Of a stretch of DNA of 64,000 nt, positions 59,455 to 64,000 are shown piece by piece; the stretch's first letter is position 1, and each line of letters begins with the position of its first letter. Source of the DNA: Mustelus asterias (lineage: Eukaryota). Both the position numbers and the translations under genes were made by a program. The stretch is taken from NCBI RefSeq assembly GCF_964213995.1, contig NC_135810.1, forward strand, positions 67,704,001 through 67,768,000, written 5' to 3'. Under the pieces are notes generated by a model. The model was not told where the DNA came from. It worked only from the letters and a program-made list of their open reading frames with translations, and did no database searches.

Positions 59455-62400
59455 GGTGGAATATGAGCTGCCTTATTGAGCGAGTGGAGGTCCGCCCAAT
59501 GGGAAGCAGCCAGCAGTGGTTTTTAAGCCTGCAACTTTATCTGTTGGAGCAGCCCTTACCTTTGGTTCACAATAAAGGATGTTGGTGATGGAATCCAGCG
59601 TGTGGCTGAATTACTACATTGGTGATGAGGAGAAAAGATTATTTTCTTCCTCCATCATTCTCTCCGGACAACCTCTGAACGTCAAGAATTTCTCAGGTAA
59701 GAAAAAGCCATTGTGCCTCTTTTTAGGAAACTTGAGCCCTATGACACCAGTGGGGAAGACTGGGCCCAATACACTGAGCATGTGCATTACTTCTTCCTTG
59801 CTAACAAAATTGAAGAAGACAAAAAGCATAAAGTGCTATTGTTGACAGCATGTGGGCATCGACTTTCAGTGTGACTATTCAGATGCTCCCAACTCAAAAA
59901 CTTCAAATGAACTGGTAGATTTTGGTAAAAAAACACTATGACCCGAAGCCCCTGGTAATTCTCCAGCGATATTGCTTCTACATGGCTGGGAGAACCCATG
60001 GGAACCTGTCACTGCGTTCTTGACTAGATTGTGGAAATTGTGCAGCTGAACACTGCAACTTTGGACTGCCTCTTAATTAAAATGTTACAGGACAGATTGC
60101 AGAACCCAATGTGGACTTTAAAAAAGCCGTTGAGATAACCTTGTCATTTGAGAATGAGGAAAATGGGGCTTAGGAGCTACAAGGGGCATCAGCCAGCAAT
60201 GTCTTCCAACTAGGGGGAGGGACCTCGTGCAATCAATCCTCAATGAAGAGTGCTTATGTTAATCAGGTATTAAAGGGCCATTTGATATAGGAACCCTAAT
60301 GTCACCACTAAACGGTCAAGGAAAGGCCGTGCCGACGCAAAGAGTATGAAAGAGCATACTATAGAAAGGTCTAGTTGCCAGTGGATGGATTACTGCAAGC
60401 ACTGTCAAAGGACACAGCCACAACGATGTTTCAGGGGCAGGCAAAACATGTGGAAGGAAGCCAAGGCTGGTATCTGAGCGTAACATGCAGGTATCCCTCT
60501 TCCAGAGACAGGTATACTACAACTGAATTGTATTGTAACAATGAAAGTTGTCCCGATACTGGTGGAATTATTAGTAAATGGCCATCCCTTGATGATGGAG
60601 GTGGACACGAGGGCCGCAGTCTCTGTTATTGGAGAATAGACTTATAAGCACCTCCAGTCGGGCATCCACCTCCTGAGGTTGAAAGATATGAAGACCAGGC
60701 TAGCCACCTACACAGGGGAATCTTTACAAATAAAAGGCACTACAGTGGCCCTGGTAACTTATAGACAGAAATCAGCCCATGATGGGACGTGATGGAGAAG
60801 CCCATCGCGTATGCTTCCAGGATCCTTTTGGACGCAGAGCAATGATATTCTCAAATTGAAAAGGAAGGGTCGACTTTCAGTGTGGTAAGAAGTCTGACCT
60901 ATCCAGATGCTCTCGACTCAAAAACTTTTAATGACCCGGTAGATCTGGTAAAAAGCCACTATGACCCAAAGCCCTTGGTAATTCTCCAGCGGTATTGCTT
61001 CTACATGGCTGGGAACCTGTCACCTATATTTTGTGTGAAGAAATTCCATCAATATGTCTATGGTTGACGGATTTTTATAGTTACCAACCATAAACCCTTA
61101 CTGGGCTTAGAGACAAAACCAATCTCCCCGCCCCCCCCAATTGCTTCCGTTCAGATACAGCGTAGGGTCTTGCTATTGGCAGCTTACGAATATGTTCTGG
61201 AACGTTGCCTGGGGACCCAGATAGAACTGAGTCGCTTCCCTTTGCCCACACGTCTGGTTCCTTTACCAGCTGTAGAAGAGGTTGTGATGACCCTGAACGT
61301 TTTGGAGACATTGCCAGTGTCAACAAGGCAGATCAAAGCCTGGACCCAAAAAGAACCAACCTTATCCAAAATTAGGCACATGATCCTACATGGGGGATTC
61401 CAAGGATGGCCTCCTGAAGAAATGAAATCCAACTCACTAAAAAGTTCAAACTTAGTGTTGAAGATGGAATTATTCTTTGGGGGTCCCAAGTAATTTTTCC
61501 ATCCCCAGGATGACATCCAATATTAATGGAACTACATAATGGATACCCAGAAGTATCAAAAATGGCCTGGTCTTGATTCCGACATCACAAACTTAGTAAT
61601 GCAATGTGACCTGTGCCAGGAAAATCAAAAACTCCACCATCAGCCTCCTTACACCCATGGGAGTGGCCTGGCACACCATTGGTGCATGTACATGAGGATT
61701 TTGCAGGTCCCTTTATAGGGCCTATGTTTTTAACCCAAGTGGTTGGAGGTGCACAGCATGAACTCCGTGATTACTCAGGCTACAATCAAGAAATTGCAGC
61801 AAAGCTTCAGCATACACGCAATACCGGAGGTCCTGGTTTCCGATAACGGCACAGTCTTCACTAATGGTGATTTCCAGAACTTGGTGCTCTGCAATGGTAT
61901 CTGACACATCTGTATTGCACGTTATCACCCGTCGTCAAATGGGCTGGCAAAACAGGCAGTTCAAACCTTCAAAAATGGTATGAAGAAACAACCAGCAGCA
62001 TCCATAGAGACTAAACTGGCACGATTTTTGTTTGATTACAGGACCACACCACACATCACAATGGGTGTCACTCCAGCAGTGCTATTGATGGGTCAACGGC
62101 TTCATACCAGATTGAGTCCATTATTCCCAAACTTGTTGAGGAAGCTGAAGTCCCAACAGGAAAACCAAAAAAGAAGCTTTTATTCCACGAGCGCAGAAAA
62201 AACTTTTGCAATGAGTGATCTGGTTCATGTGAGGAACTTCAGGGAAAGTCCCAGATGGTCCCTGGGATCATTATGGAGAAAATAAGACCAAGATCTTAAA
62301 AGGTCAAAGTTAGAATAGAACAGAATATAATAGAATAGAATAAGGGTACTTAGACTACTTCAGGACCAGGGAATACTTGTCCGAGCTGCGCCGCCACTGA

Positions 62401-62944
62401 CTATGAAAAAAACCGCTGCCAGTGCTAGACCTCAGCTTGAAGCTGCACCTGCCTTCCGGATAGCGATGGTACAGACTCTAAGATGGAGGCTGAAAAAGTG
62501 AGCCAAAGGGCTGAAGCGGAAACTGAGGAGGAACCTGGTTCGGTAACCCTGTGACACTTCCTTTGAAAAAGGCCCCGTTTGGTTAACACAGCCCCACCTT
62601 CAACGGACCTCCGCCCAAGCGCCAAGCTCCAAAAAGATCACCCTTGCAATGGAGGTATTCGGAGAAACATGGACCTAAGGGGGAGGGATGTTATGACGGC
62701 CACAAAGGCACGGGGGATCTACCCATGGGCTTTGTGGAATACAAGGTGCTTTATTGAGTGAGCGAAGGTTTGCCCAATAGGAAGCAGCCTGCAGGGATAT
62801 TTAAGCCTGTAACTTTACCTAGACCGGAGTGGTAGGTCCCGAAGTGAAGATTTCCTGACCGTAAGCTAAAGGAATGGCCTTCTCTTTTTGTTCACAATAA
62901 AGAGTGTTTGGTGATGAAAACCAGCAAGTAGCTGAGTTACTACA
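59455..62944 (+). mobile_element. Decayed Mag-like Gypsy LTR retrotransposon with the RT domain deleted
   Basis: Partial 5' LTR to 59618; PBS TGGTGATGAGGA (CpG-decayed TGGCGACGAGGA, tRNA-Ser type); gag, PR MEVDTRAAVS, RNase H PIAYASR/YSQIEKEG, integrase HPWEWP/SDNG/YHPSSNGLA; PPT; 3' LTR 62689-62944. Confidence 0.85.
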
Positions 62945-63169
62945 GATGTCAATATTTCATTCTTGTTTACAGCCTTCTGGTCCATGATGTGTCTCCAACT
63001 CTTTGGAATCATTCTGAGTAATAAAATATATTGTAACTGTATATTGTATATATATTGTAACATTCTACTGACAGCCTCTTTGAACATTTGAAAAGGACAT
63101 TTGAAAAGTCCTTGTAAAGAAAAAATCATGATTGGCTCAAATATGACACAATATTGATATAAATAACTA

Positions 63170-63430
63170 GAATCATAGAATCCCTAAAGTGCAGAATGAG
63201 GCCATTCGGTCCACCAAGCCTGTTCTGACAACAATCCCACCCATGCCTTACCCCATGGCCAATCCACCTCAGCTTCTCAACTTTGGGGAGTGGGAGGAAA
63301 CCGGAGCACCCGAAGGAAACTCATGCAGACATGGTGAGAATGTGCAAGCTCCACACAATCACCCAGGGATGGAACTGAACCAGAGTCCCTGGCACTGTGA
63401 GGCAGCAGTGCTAACCACTGTGCTACCCAA
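63170..63430 (-). mobile_element. HE1-like V-SINE, internally deleted
   Basis: tRNA head and V-domain on the minus strand. Confidence 0.8.
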
Positions 63431-63479
63431 ACTTGTTGAGTGAATTGTGCTGTGTGATTTTTTAAAATATATATTCTTT

Positions 63480-64000
63480 CATGGGATGTGGGTCTCACTG
63501 GAATGGCCATCATTTGTTGCCCATCTCTAATTGCTCCTGAACTGTGTGGCTTCTAAGCCACTTCAGAAGGCAGTTAAGAGTCAACCACATCACTGTGGAA
63601 CTGGAGTCCCTCTAGACCAGACCAGATAGGGGCGGCACGGTGGCACAGGGGTTAGCACTGCTGCCTCACAGCGCCAGGGATGCCGGTTCAATTCCAGCCT
63701 CTGTGTGGAGTTTGCACATTCAAGAAGCACATAGGGGCTGGGTAGGATTGTGGTCGGTGCAGGCTCGATGGTCAAATTGCCTTCTGCGCTGTAGGGATTC
63801 TAGGATTCTAAGATACGGATATCAGAATTCATTCTCTCAAGGGCATGAGGAAACCAAATGGGTTTTTATGACAATTAATAATAATTTCTAATCACCATTA
63901 CTGAGCCAGGCTTTGATTTCTGGATTTTGTTAATTGAATTTAAGTTCTGACAGCTGCCATGTTGGAATCTGAACCCATGTCCTCAGAGCTTTAATTGGGG
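63480..64000 (-). mobile_element. Older tRNA-derived SINE (Deu-domain/SacSINE1-like), split by a V-SINE
   Basis: B-box-like GGTTCAGATTCC at ~63964-63975 (minus); GAGTCAACCACAT...CTGGAGTC and GGGTTTTTATGACAAT segments recognised by eye. Confidence 0.55.
63629..63815 (+). mobile_element. HE1-like V-SINE, internally deleted
   Basis: GGGCGGCACGGTGGCACAGGGGTTAGCACTG head, B box GGTTCAATTCC, tail. Confidence 0.85.

Overview
This is eukaryotic DNA, very likely from a shark or other elasmobranch (inferred from the HE1/V-SINE-like and Deu-SINE-like elements and the CR1, Rex1 and Penelope repertoire). I can support no host protein-coding exon. The window is a repeat-dense intronic or intergenic region, and nearly all ORF-track entries are transposon remnants or artefacts of GC-rich tandem repeats. 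Main components: (1) two CpG-rich, G4-prone minisatellites (1.6-3.2 kb and 4.1-4.8 kb); (2) a decayed full-length Ty1/Copia element of GalEa type (5457-12357; TCCAA TSD, tRNA-iMet PBS) next to, and probably inside, a hAT transposon, itself interrupted by two CR1 LINEs and a SINE; (3) a young Ty3/Gypsy element (48400-53126; 316-bp LTRs with 2 differences seen, GAGAG TSD); (4) two decayed Mag-like Gypsy elements and several solo LTRs; (5) Rex1, CR1 and Tx1 LINE fragments, Penelope fragments with hammerhead-ribozyme cores, and Harbinger transposase remnants with MITEs. The most striking signal is in the young Gypsy element. It has no tRNA primer-binding site. Instead, the PBS position is a perfect 13-nt complement of its own R-region sequence, which includes the poly(A) signal and can also form a competing local hairpin. 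This suggests self-priming coupled to poly(A)-site occlusion. Its reverse transcriptase also reads YLDN rather than YxDD. All family assignments come from motif recognition by eye, not database searches.
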